Assembly (NCBI GenBank): GCA_965178125.1
Contig: OZ237757.1
Span: forward strand, 62,001-126,000
Direction of reading: 5' to 3'
Length of the DNA: 64,000 nt
Origin: Bilabrum cf. latius
Lineage: Eukaryota
Shown here: piece by piece, positions 39,128 through 49,809 of the stretch
How the letters are laid out: every line of letters starts with the position of its first letter
How positions within the stretch are numbered: the stretch's first letter is position 1
Made by a program: the position numbers and the translations under genes
The notes under the pieces: model-generated
The model's database searches: none
What the model was told of the DNA's origin: nothing
What the model saw: only the letters and a program-made list of their open reading frames with translations

Positions 39128-40050
39128 TTAGAGCTCCGCTACTGCCTTCTTGAACGCCACAGCCAGCTTGGGCAAGTGGTCCTTGCTCATGCAGTACACG
39201 GCATTCTCCAACGACTTCCAGTCGGCGTGCTTGTACATAACACCCACGGCGGCAACTGTTGCCTGTTCGCCTAGAGTGCGTGCTGAAGGACTCCGTGATC
39301 TCGCTCGTGCCCGTGCAGTACGCCTCCATCATCCTCCTGATGGCTGTCGTCCAGCTTGCTTACCAACGCTTTGTTGTCTTGGCGTCCGAATTCACGAACC
39401 GATAGGTCTTGGAGTCAGCAGGGTCGTCGCCGCAGCCGGCTAGTCTACTGCAATGTCCCCCAGATCGTGGTTCGCTGATGCACCTCGTCCAGTCGCTTCA
39501 GTGCGGTCTGGCCCATTGGGATGAGCACTGCCTACAGCGTGTCCCTTACAGCTGTTGTCTTCCAGAGAGAGAACATGGCCATATATGTGCACTTGCCCTT
39601 GTACATCATACTCGCGTCATCCATGGTCCGGGACCGCAGCTCGTTGCCGCGACACGTGCCGCCGATGCCCACTAGTGGAGCCTCGAGGGCAAGGATCTCT
39701 TCGGGTTTGCCCGCCTTGGGCCCGCCGTCTGTGACCATTGCGGTGCTCCATCTAGATGATGGGAGCACGCTTCTTCCGGTTGCCCACGTCGTGCAGCCTC
39801 TTGTCCCTGCCTACCATCACCGTGTTGGTCGTTCCGGATGTGTCGGGGGATGGAGATGCAGCCCGTCACGTCGATATATCTCGACACGTGGAGAAGGTTG
39901 ACCTGAGCGTGGAGCCCTGGAGATTGCCGCGCTCCATGCGCAGCACCATATGGGCAGGGATCCGGTCAAGATTCTTGATCGCCTCCGCAATCGTGGTGCC
40001 GTTGGGGCCGAAGTCTATCAACAGTCTACCTACTGGACGACGCGAAGCCA
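39128..40050 (-). pseudogene. Degenerate tyrosine recombinase of the retroelement
   Basis: FSTHSRRTG (HxxR box), then after a frameshift ATVAAVG..KHADWKSLENAVY (H/W..Y box), ending TAA 39128-39130. Several frameshifts and stops upstream. Confidence 0.6.
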
Positions 40051-40274
40051 CTCGCGCCGGCTCGCCAGGCTGACATCAACCGCACTGCAGCGTATGGCAG
40101 GCGCACCCAAGCGCCATCGAGACCAAGCAAGCCCAACTCTGTGGCAGCCGACGCGAAGCAGCCCACCCCGGCTCGCCTGGCTGACTTTGACAGCAAGGCG
40201 GCCACTGGCAGGCGCGCACATGCGCCATCAAGCCCCAGCAAGAGCAAGTATACCCATAATGCACTCTGATCCCT

Positions 40275-41455
40275 CCAGCCTCAGAGTCTGCACCACGATG
40301 TGCTCTGCTCTCACCAGCCTCATAGTCTGCACCACGATGTGCTCGGCTCTCACCAGCCGCAGAGTCTGCACCACGATGTGCTCTGCTCTCACCAGCCGCC
40401 GGGCCTGCACCACGATGTGCTCTGCTCACAGCAGCCGCAGAGTCTGCACCACGATGTGCTCTGCTCACACCAGCCGCTGAGTCTGCACCACGATGTGCTC
40501 TGCTCTCACCAGCCGCCGGGCCTGCACCACGATGTGCTCTGCTCACCTTAGCCGCAGAGTCTCCTCGTCGTCATCACCATCAGATACCTCTGCCCGTTTC
40601 CCACCGGCGAGCCCTCGTTGAATAGAGCCTACGGCGTCAACCCTAGTCGCCTCGGCAGAGCTGCCCTATAAGAGGGCAAGACGCACATCCGGAGCGGGAG
40701 GAGAGGCAGCTGGCATCTACAGCGAGGCGCGCTGCTCACAGCAGCCGCCGAGCCTGCACTACGAAATGCTCTGCTCACACCAGCCGCTGAGTCTGCACCA
40801 CGATGTGCTCTGCTCACACCAGCCGCTGAGTCCGCACCACGATGTGCTCTGCTCACAGCAGCCGCAGAGTCTGCACCACGATGTGCTCTGCTCTCACCAG
40901 CCTCATAGTCTGCACCACGATGTGCTCTGCTCACACCAGCCGCTGAGTCTGCACTACGATGTGCTCTGCTCACAGCAGCCGCAGAGTCTGCACCACGATG
41001 TGCTCTGCTCTCACCAGCCTCATAGTCTGCACCACGATGTGCTCTGCTCTCACCAGCCGCCGGGCCTGCACCACGATATGCTCTGCTCACCTTAGCCGCA
41101 GAGTCTCCTCGTCGTCATCCCCATCAGATACCTCTGCCTGCTTCCCACCGGCGAGCCCTCGTTGAATAGAGCCTACGGCGTCAACCCTAGTCGCCTCGGC
41201 AGAGCTGCCCTAAAGAGGGCAAGACGCACATCCGGAGCGGGAGGAGAGGCAGCTGGCATCTACAGCGAGGCGCGCTGCTCACAGCAGCCGCCGAGCCTGC
41301 ACTACGATGTGCTCGGCTCTCACCAGCCGCAGAGTCTGCACCCCGATGTGCGCTTCTCTCACTAGCCGCCGGGCCTGCACCACGATGTGCTCGGCTCTCA
41401 CTAGCCGCTGAGTCTGCACCACGATGTGCTCGGCACTCACCAGCCGCAGAGTCTG
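40275..41455. repeat. 39-bp minisatellite arrays inside the retroelement
   Basis: Unit GCAGAGTCTGCACCACGATGTGCTCTGCTCTCACCAGCC in three blocks (~40275-40560, ~40740-41105, ~41280-41455), separated by a recurring ~180-bp spacer. Single units also occur at ~42305 and ~43365. Confidence 0.92.
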
Positions 41456-44170
41456 CTGCCCCCTCGTCGTCATCCCCATCAGATACCTCTGCCTGTTTCC
41501 CACCGGGGAGCCCTCGTCGAATAGAGCCTACGGCGTCAACCCCCGAGGCCTCGGCAGATCTGCCCTATAAGAGGGCAGACGCACATCCGGGGCTGAAGGA
41601 GAGGCAGCCAATAGGTCTCCCGAGAGTTGATCGGTTGTACGCAAAGCAGAGCTGGGCGGGGCTCGTAAGTGCCGCACAGCCACCCCAGCGTGGGACCCGC
41701 TCGACGGTAGGAGTGTGGGTCCAAGCCCATCTTTCCCCCTACTGTCGGCTATATCCCTTCTAGGAACGGAGCTGGAAGACGATGACGAAGAAGCATTACC
41801 TGAGGCCCCGCCCCGGCCAAGTACTTGTGTCGCGGCGATGCGGCTGGCCCCACGTCTGGCAGCCAGCGTCGCCTTGGCACGTTCAGCAGCGGAATCTGGC
41901 TCACGGGTGTAGGTCACGCTCTCCTGCTTGATCCAGCTACAACCTCAGCGCTCAACGGTATAACACTGCTGCTACGGAGGCCTCGAGCGCGGCGGCCACC
42001 AGCCCCGTCGTGAGTGTGGCCTCCTCTATCACTCCGGTTTGCGCGTCCTCCAGCTTTACTGCGTGTGCCCGACACGTCAGGCCCGCCGGGCGCCCGCACT
42101 CCGTGGGTACCCTAGACAGTCTATGGCAGGCGCACACTGGCGTTCTGAAGACCAATCAAGCCCAAGTCGATCTACTAGATGACGCAAAGCGACCCGCCAA
42201 GGGCTCGCCAGGCTGACATCCACAGCACGGCGGTCCGCAGCAGGCGCACGCTGGTGCCATCAAGACCACGTCCTCCCAAGTAAACCCAAGATGGCGCTGC
42301 ACTCACCAGCCGCAGAGTCTACACCACGATGTGCTCGGCTCTCACCAGCCGCAGAGTCTGCTGCCCCCTCGTCGTCATCCCCATCAGATACCTCTGCCTG
42401 TTTCCCACCGGCGAGCCCTCGTTGAATAGAGCCTACGGCGTCAACCCCCGAGGCCCCGGCAGATCTGCCCTATAAGAGGGCAGACGCACATCCGGGGCTG
42501 AAGGAGAGGCAGCCAATAGGTCTCCCGAGAGTTGATCGGTTGTACGCAAAGCAGAGCTGGGCGGGGCTCGTAAGGGCCGCACAGCCACCCCAGCGTGGGA
42601 CCCGCTCGACGGTAGGAGTGTGGGTCCAAGCCCATCTTTCCCCCTACTGTCGGCTATATCCCTTCTAGGAACGGAGCTGGAAGACGATGACGAAGAAGCA
42701 CTACCTGAGGCCCCGCCCCGGCCAAGTACTTGTGTCGCGGCGATACGGCTGGCCCCACCTCCGGCAGCCAGCGTCGCCTTGGCACGTTCAGCAGCGGAAT
42801 CTGGCTCACGGGTGTAGGTCATGCTCTCCTGCTTGATCCAGCTACAACCTCAGCGCCCGAGGGTACCCCACTGCTGCCGCTACCGGAGTAGTGGCGCCGG
42901 CGACGTCGGAGCACTCTCCCCGCCCACGTCGGCGTCCCTCCTGAACCGGGCGCTGCTGCCGCCGCTTTCGTTTTTGCGCTATGGAGGATTTCCCCGCTGC
43001 GGAAAGCTCGAGGACGGCGGCCACTACATCATTTGCGAGTATGGCCTCCTCCATCACCACGGTCTGCACGTCCTGCAGCTTGACTGCGCCTTGAGCCCGA
43101 CACGTCAGGCCCGCCGAGCACCTGCACTCCGTGGGTGCCCTTCCCACCGGCTCGCCAAGCTGCCCTCCACAGCAAGACAGTCTATGGCAGGCGCACACTG
43201 GCGTTCTGAAGACCAATCAAGCCCAAGTCGATCTACTAGATGACGCAAAGCGACCCGCCAAGGGCTCGCCAGGCTGACATCCACAGCACGGCGGTCCGCA
43301 GCAGGCGCACGCTGGTGCCATCAAGACCACGCCATCCCAAGTAAACCCAAGATGGCGCTGCACTCACCAGCCGCAGAGTCTACACCACGATGTGCTCGGC
43401 TCTCACCAGCCGCAGAGTCTGCTGCCCCCTCGTCGTCATCCCCATCAGATACCTCTGCCTGTTTCCCACCGGCGAGCCCTCGTTGAATAGAGCCTACGGC
43501 GTCAACCCCCGAGGCCCCGGCAGATCTGCCCTATAAGAGGGCAGACGCACATCCGGGGCTGAAGGAGAGGCAGCCAATAGGTCTCCCGAGAGTTGATCGG
43601 TTGTACGCAAAGCAGAGCTGGGCGGGGCCCGTAAGTGCCGCACAGCCACCCCAGCGTGGGACCCGCTCGACGGTAGGAGTGTGAGTCCAGGCCCATCTTT
43701 CCCCCTACTGTCGGCTATATCCCTTCTAGGAACGGAGCTGGAAGACGATGACGAAGAAGCACTACCTGAGGCCCCGCCCCGGCCAAGTACTTGTGTCGCG
43801 GCGATGCGGCTGGCCCCACGTCTGGCAGCCAGCGTCGCCTTGGCACGTTCAGCAGCGGAATCTGGCGCACGGGTGTAGGTCACGCTCTCCTGCTTGATCC
43901 AGCTACAACCTCAGCGCCCGAGGGTACCCCACTGCTGCCGCTACCGGAGTAGTGGCGCGGCGACGTCGGAGCACTCTCCTTGCGCCACTTCCTGCACCGG
44001 GCGCCGCTGCCTCCGCCTTCTCCTGCGCGATTGAGAAGTTCCACGATGCGGAGAGCTCGAGGCTGGCAGCCACCAGATACTTCACGAGCTGGGCCTCCTC
44101 CAGCACTACGGTTTGATGTCCTCCAGCTCTACGGCGTCCGTGCTCGACACGTCAGGCCCGCCGGGCGCCT
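41450..44170. repeat. Three tandem ~0.9-1.06 kb duplications within the retroelement ORF1 region
   Basis: Near-identical ORFs at 41528-41917, 42433-42822 and 43494-43883 (periods 905 and 1061 bp). Confidence 0.92.
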
Positions 44171-44857
44171 ACTCCGTGGGTGCCGTTCGCCTCGGCCACC
44201 CGGTGGCTGCCGCCGTATCCACTGCCCCAGTTATTGCCGCGTTCTGCAGGCTGATGAGGTGCCGCATCGCCGTCATCTGGAGGAGGTCGCACGCTAGCTG
44301 CGCACCTGTTGGCGTGCCGTCGAGCATGGTCCACCGGAACACCCGCACCATCAGTGGCGACTCGTCGCCTTCGGCGGACCGCCCTAGCTTAGGGAAAGAG
44401 TCGACCATGGCTGCTACCGCCTGTGGCCGTGGTTTCGAGCTCATTTCTGTGAAGAGAACTAGAGTGGGAGCCATGCTGACGAGAAAATGATCTCGCCGGC
44501 GTTGCTGTGCCTGGTCCGCGGTCTCGCATGACTTATACGCGCATTCCGGTTCCGCTAGTGCTTCCTTGCATCCACAAAAGGTAAGCTTGGCTGCGGCTGC
44601 GGCTCCCAGGCCGTCACGGATGCGGCACGAGCCGGGTCAAAATTTTGCGGTTAACTTCAGATACCCCGGGAACTCGCTACCGGCCGCACTTTGTACGCCC
44701 TCCAATAGTTCGTTAATAGTTCAAACCAACATTCGCACTAAGAGTGATACGCTAAGCAGGCGAGTACGCATGGCGTTGAGTTGCAGCGTGAGTGTTGGCA
44801 TTTCGGACCCGTCGGTGGCCAACAGTCGGTAAATTCCAGAGAATTCGTGGGCACCAC

Positions 44858-45016
44858 CTTTCAACAGAACTCCAGTGCCCAGATCTTTATATCTGTGGCG
44901 CTGCGCGTTGCGTCTCAGCCTCCACTCGAGCACTTGCCTCAAGGGAAGTGCCTCGGGAGCACAAACCAGGACCCGAACGACTCGGAATCAGTCGGGCCTG
45001 ATCCCAAGTCTTACCG
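44858..45016. repeat. Split direct repeat A1 (copy of 38757-38915)
   Basis: CTTTCAACAGAACTCCAGTGCCC...CCCAAGTCTTACCG is present twice. Confidence 0.95.
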
Positions 45017-45072
45017 CTGCCCGCCGTGTCCGCAAGTCCAAAACACCTTGGATGGAGCCACGATCGGGCCCC

Positions 45073-47370
45073 TCAGCCGTGATGGTACGGCGCAGGCAGC
45101 GGGTTGGGCGTGATCCACTTCTCGACCTCCTCCCGCAGCCGCTTGGAGAGCCTCGCCACGATGCCCTGCATGCCCTCGTGCTCGGCAAAGTTCTGGTATT
45201 CGCCACGCACATAGTCGTCGTACACCCACGCCAGCCCGTCGTCCCCCGTGTGGTTGAAGAGCTCCCGTCCCACGATTTGAGACCAGTCGGGCCGCAGCTG
45301 CTCTCCGTTCCACACGGCCCACTCCGTGTACCTCCACTCGCCCAGATCCTGCCCCTTGGTCCGAATGCTGTACCCCATGTAGTCCAGCGCATCGCGGTGC
45401 ACCCAGTGGCAGTCCGACATGGAGTCCCAGGAGACCGTGTGGTTGTTCTCGTCCCCGGGACCGCCCCTCGTGTCGTCGTAGTCGAGGCTGCTCGTGTTCT
45501 GCCAGCACCGGGGGAACTGCGTCAGCACCACGTCCTTCACCGTCGTACGGTTGGGGTCCTTGAGCACGGGCACGAGGGAGACGCCTCCGAGGTTCTCCGT
45601 GCCCTTGCCCTGGGGCGGCTGTCCCATGGCCAGCTCCACCAGGGTGGGATACAGGTCCACTGCCTCCGCCAGGGCCTGCGTGTGGGCCCCCTTGGAAGCC
45701 TCCATCCTGGGGTCGGCGATGATGAAGGGGATGCGGGTGCCGCGCTCGTCGGGGGTCATTTTGCAGGTCACGTCTGCGTAGGGCAGGAAGGAGAAGGAGT
45801 CGGAGTCAGAAAAGAGGTGGGGGTGAGAGGCGGCGAGGAGTGGGGATGAGGGGGAAACAATCAAAGACCGAAGGGATGCCAAGCAGCAGGGGAGAGGGTA
45901 TAAGCTAGATCCCACCCATTCACCTACTCCACCATTCTCCCCCACAAAAGTGCGCGAATTCACGTCGGTTACATACACCAGCCAGCGGCAATGCACGTCC
46001 TTGCGCGTTGCCTCTCTCTCACCTGCCTCTCCCAAGCTCCACCCGTGGTCTCCTATGAAGCTGTACACCACGTCGTCCTTCACCCCGAGCTCCTCCAGCT
46101 TGTCCAAGACCTCTCCGATCAAAGAGTCCACGTACGAGATGCAGCTGTAGTAGGCGCGGCGGTACGTCTTCCAGAGATCGTCCGACCACGGAGGCACGCC
46201 GTATCCCTTGCTGTCCCAGAGCCCGCCCACCGAGAACTCGGCGCACTCGTGCCAGTGCAGGTGCGGGATGTCGTCGGGCCACGCCTTGTACTTTGGCGCA
46301 GTGACATTCTCCTCGGGAATCAAAAAGTCCAGGGGGAAATCCCACGTGATGTGGGGCTTGTGGATGCCCACACCGGCAAAGAAGGGCTTGCCGGTTTCCT
46401 TGTATTCCTTGACGGCATCTGGGAGCATGCTGAGCACGCTGTCGACGGACCACATGTCCGTCAGCTTCCCGTCGGCCGTGAGATTGTGCATGCACCAGAA
46501 GCCCTGCTGCTCCTTTGGCACCCCGCAGCACTTCTCTTTGCACTGGTTGGGCGAGTTGGGACCCCCGTCCGTGTAGCCAGGGGTGCTCCAGCTGTACGGC
46601 AGGTCGAAATTGTAAGGCACGCCCTCGTGGAAGAGCTTGCCCCCGCCGAATGTGTTGTAGCCCGAGGCCTTGAAGATCTGAGGGAGACTAAGCCAGTCGT
46701 TACCTACGTCAAACTCTCTGAAATCATTTTCGAACGAATACGTTTTGGTTGCGTCGGGTCGCCTGCCTGACATGAACGAGTTGCGGCTCGGTGCGCAGTA
46801 GCTCTGAGTACAGAAGGAAAGAGCAAGGTCGAAGCTGGCAAACATTAGACAATCTCAGAACCTATCAGAAAGATGCCCGAGCTTGGTAGCTCTCACGAAT
46901 TGAACATACGCAGACCGGAACGTCACGCCCTCTGCCGCGATTCTCTCGAGGGCAGGCGTGTGACCCGCATCAAGGCCGTAGAGCGGTAGGCTTGGCCGCA
47001 TATCGTCCGATACGATAAACACAACTGGGCGGGCTCCTTTGGGGGCTTTCTGTGGAGCTGGGTTGTACACAACCGGATTCTCGCGGAGCTGGCCGTACGC
47101 AGCGCCAGACTTCGAGTTGGGCTTGACCCTGGCAAGATCAAAAAAGTTCTTGAGCTAGCACAAGCCCCCTGCAAATGACCAGGCAATGCATATATTCCCC
47201 GCTCGGTCGCACCGCTCGCAGCATTCGGCTGCCGACTGAGTGTTGACGCTAGCAAAGGAGGGGCCTTCAATCACCTGCCCTGCCGTGCTAGAACCCGCTC
47301 CACAATGGCCAGAGCCTAATACAGCGTGTACAAGGGAGCTCGCTACGATCAGCGCACCGATGGATTTCAT
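45073..47370 (-). CDS. Iduronate-2-sulfatase-like sulfatase with N-terminal PAN/Apple-like module
   Basis: Signal peptide; SAAECCERC..CIAWSF..C*LK (TAG 47155); VFIVSDDMRP; QF|SYCAPSRNSFMSGRRPD (intron 46896-46804); GKLFH, HKPH, GDHGWSLGE (intron 46022-45774), MGYSIRT, RYTEW; ends TGA 45073. Confidence 0.88.
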
Positions 47371-47520
47371 TGGATGCGAAAGAATGAATGACGCGCCAAC
47401 CGGATCGATATTGGTTCCGGAATTCTCTTTCTGGCCCCCCAGTCCATTGTTTACGAAAGAATTGCTTCAGTATCGGTCCTGGTAGAAGGTCAAAAGCATT
47501 ATTATCTAAACCGGAGCTCG

Positions 47521-49590
47521 ATGAAGTTATCCAAGCGACGACTGGCGCTGCTCTATTCAGTTGCAGCAGTTGCACTTGCGATCCATTCCCTCGCTGCGAG
47601 GCTTCCTCCTGGAAACAGCACAATCGTGGGCAACTTTGCACTAAATTCCCAGTGCCACTCGCCTGGCTCGCAGTACGCGACCTGCACCAGATACAAGACA
47701 GATGGACAAGATGTTCTGGAGGTGAACGTGACCGAGGTGCAGTCGAATCCGTACGATATTGGGGTTGATGCGTCCAACATCATGCAAGTGTCAGATCGAG
47801 ATATTGGAATCGTAGTTGTCGAAGTTCGTTCCTCTGTGGAGCAGCTGCCGGTCACGTTCAGCTTCCAGCGACAGGTCCCTCCGAACCAGTACTCGGGCGG
47901 CCTGGACGCCTACATCAACGTGAGCACGACCTGGCAGGAGTACTCGCTCCCCTTTAGGTTCAAATACACGAGCAGTCCGGGAGACGCGCGCCTGCAGATG
48001 ACCCTGGGCTACAGGGCCCCGGCCGTGATCCAGATCCGGGGAGGAGCAGTGTACCGCTGGCCGCAGTCCAGCGGGCTGACGGCCCAGGACCTCCCGGTGT
48101 GCTGCAACTTCTCGTACCCGGGGAGAGACCCGCAGGCACCGTGGCGGGAGGCCGCTCGGGAGCGCATCCAGCGGGTGAGGAGGGGGAGCGTTCGGGTCAC
48201 CGTGAAGAGGAAGGACACGGGGGAGCCGGTGCCCGGCGCACTCGTCACAGTCAACCAGCAGAGCCACGCCTTCCGGCACGGGACGTGCGTGGACGCCTCT
48301 GTGATATCCGGCGTGGAGCAGGACGTGCCGTACATGGAGGTGTTGGAGGGCAAGCGGGGGGCCAGTGCGAGGGGGGACAGGATGTTCAACGCGGCCGTGT
48401 TCGAGGGAGACATGAAGTGGCCTCCGTGGGAGAACAACAAGACGCAGCAGCAAGCTCTGGATGCGTACGCGTGGCTCAAGCAGAGGGGCTACTTTGTCCG
48501 CATGCACAACCTCGTGTGGCCTGGCTCGCAGCCGGGTCACCTGCCCCAGTACATCCTGGACGAGGTGTCCAACGGGACTGCCCCGAGGCGGGTCATGGCT
48601 CAGATCCAGAGGCACATTATGGACGAGGCTGGTCGGAGCCAGTTCCAGGGGGGTGGGGTGCAGGGCATTGACGACATCGACGTGGTGAACGAGCCTTACT
48701 CGAACCACCTGCTGCAGGACTTCTTCAACGACTCTAACCGCTGCATCGCCACCTGGCTGCACGTGGCCAAAGTGGCCAATCCGGGGGCCAGGCTCCGGAT
48801 CAACGACGCCCACTCGGGCACAGGGACCACGCAGTCGGACCACTTCCCCTTTGACGTGCAGCTGTACACGGAGCTGCTGGGCAAGTACCAGGCCCCGCTG
48901 GGCGGAGCTGGATTCGAGTCGCACCTGTCGTGGAACGGCGTGTCGATCCCTCAGCTGATCGACCGCATGACCCAGGCAGGGGCACTCGCCATGGAGTTCG
49001 ACTCGGGGAGGTTCGACGAGTTGGACGAGTACGAAGCGGAGGAGGACAGGTTCGTGGAGTTCACAGCGGAGGACAAGGAGGACTTCGTGAGCTGGTGGTG
49101 GAAGCGGTGGCGGCTGCCCGGCACGACCATCCCAGCGGAAGTGGCGGCCAGGCCCGAGGTGCAGCGCGGGATGGAACCCCTGTTCACGGTCAGGATCACG
49201 GAGCACGACATGCACAACCCCGACGGGGAGCTGGGCGCCGACGTGGTCCGCGACATGCTGACGGCGTGCTTCGCGTCTCCCGTGTGCGACGGTTTCCTGA
49301 CCTGGGGCTTCAGCGATGAGCGGTCCTGGGTGGGCAATGCGCCCTTCTTCCTGGCAAACTACACCGAGAAGCCCGCGGCCGCGGTGTACCGGCAGCTGCT
49401 GTTCGAGGAGTGGTTCACGGTGGATGAGAACGCGACAGCGGGGCAAGGGGGGGAGGCCTCGGTGGAGGTGTGGCAGGGCGTGCACGAGGTGCGGGCCGCA
49501 TCTCCGGATGGAGGGCTGAGCGGCAACGCCACTGTGGTGGTGCCGCAATTCTTCGGCGGGACTGTGACGGTTGATGTGATAGTGGATTGA
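47521..49590 (+). CDS. GH10 endo-1,4-beta-xylanase-like glycoside hydrolase with N-terminal CBM-like domain, secreted, 689 aa
   Basis: Signal peptide; EGDMKWPPW, RMHNLVW, DVVNEP (acid/base Glu), IND, GFESH, ITEHD (nucleophile Glu), FLTWGF. Intronless; ends TGA. Confidence 0.9.
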   Translation: MKLSKRRLALLYSVAAVALAIHSLAARLPPGNSTIVGNFALNSQCHSPGSQYATCTRYKTDGQDVLEVNVTEVQSNPYDIGVDASNIMQVSDRDIGIVVVEVRSSVEQLPVTFSFQRQVPPNQYSGGLDAYINVSTTWQEYSLPFRFKYTSSPGDARLQMTLGYRAPAVIQIRGGAVYRWPQSSGLTAQDLPVCCNFSYPGRDPQAPWREAARERIQRVRRGSVRVTVKRKDTGEPVPGALVTVNQQSHAFRHGTCVDASVISGVEQDVPYMEVLEGKRGASARGDRMFNAAVFEGDMKWPPWENNKTQQQALDAYAWLKQRGYFVRMHNLVWPGSQPGHLPQYILDEVSNGTAPRRVMAQIQRHIMDEAGRSQFQGGGVQGIDDIDVVNEPYSNHLLQDFFNDSNRCIATWLHVAKVANPGARLRINDAHSGTGTTQSDHFPFDVQLYTELLGKYQAPLGGAGFESHLSWNGVSIPQLIDRMTQAGALAMEFDSGRFDELDEYEAEEDRFVEFTAEDKEDFVSWWWKRWRLPGTTIPAEVAARPEVQRGMEPLFTVRITEHDMHNPDGELGADVVRDMLTACFASPVCDGFLTWGFSDERSWVGNAPFFLANYTEKPAAAVYRQLLFEEWFTVDENATAGQGGEASVEVWQGVHEVRAASPDGGLSGNATVVVPQFFGGTVTVDVIVD

Positions 49591-49682
49591 TCCTAGCTGG
49601 GCGTATACATGCATTGAAAATATACGTTGATGGCTTCCATATCCTGGATCTTGTGTCACCCGCTCGGCCCTTGTTGTCCCCC

Positions 49683-49809
49683 AAGCGCCGCCAGATGGGC
49701 CTCCAGCTCCCTCACCCGAGCCCCCCAAGCGCCGCCAGATGGGCCTCCAGCTCCCTCACCCGAGCCCCCCAAGCGCCGCCAGATGGGCCTCCAGCTCCCT
49801 AACCCGAGC
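49683..49809. repeat. 44-bp tandem repeat (~3 copies) at the 3' end of the ankyrin gene
   Basis: AAGCGCCGCCAGATGGGCCTCCAGCTCCCTCACCCGAGCCCCCC repeated. Confidence 0.9.

Larger units (their letters stand above)
38438..45016 (-). mobile_element. Ngaro/PAT-like (DIRS order) tyrosine-recombinase retroelement with split direct repeats, degenerate and probably non-autonomous
   Basis: On the minus strand: A1 45016-44858, body, B1 39064-38915, A2 38915-38757, spacer, B2 38587-38438 (A 159 bp, B 150 bp, copies apparently identical). A decayed YR C-terminus lies just before B1; no TSD seen. Confidence 0.8.

Noticed and set aside
40275-41455. CRISPR-like array
   Set aside because: The units are contiguous 39-bp tandem repeats without unique spacers, the context is eukaryotic and no cas genes are present.
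38438-45016. LTR retrotransposon or endogenous virophage
   Set aside because: The repeats are split (A..B-A-B), not terminal LTRs or TIRs. There is no TSD, integrase, capsid or AT-rich viral segment.
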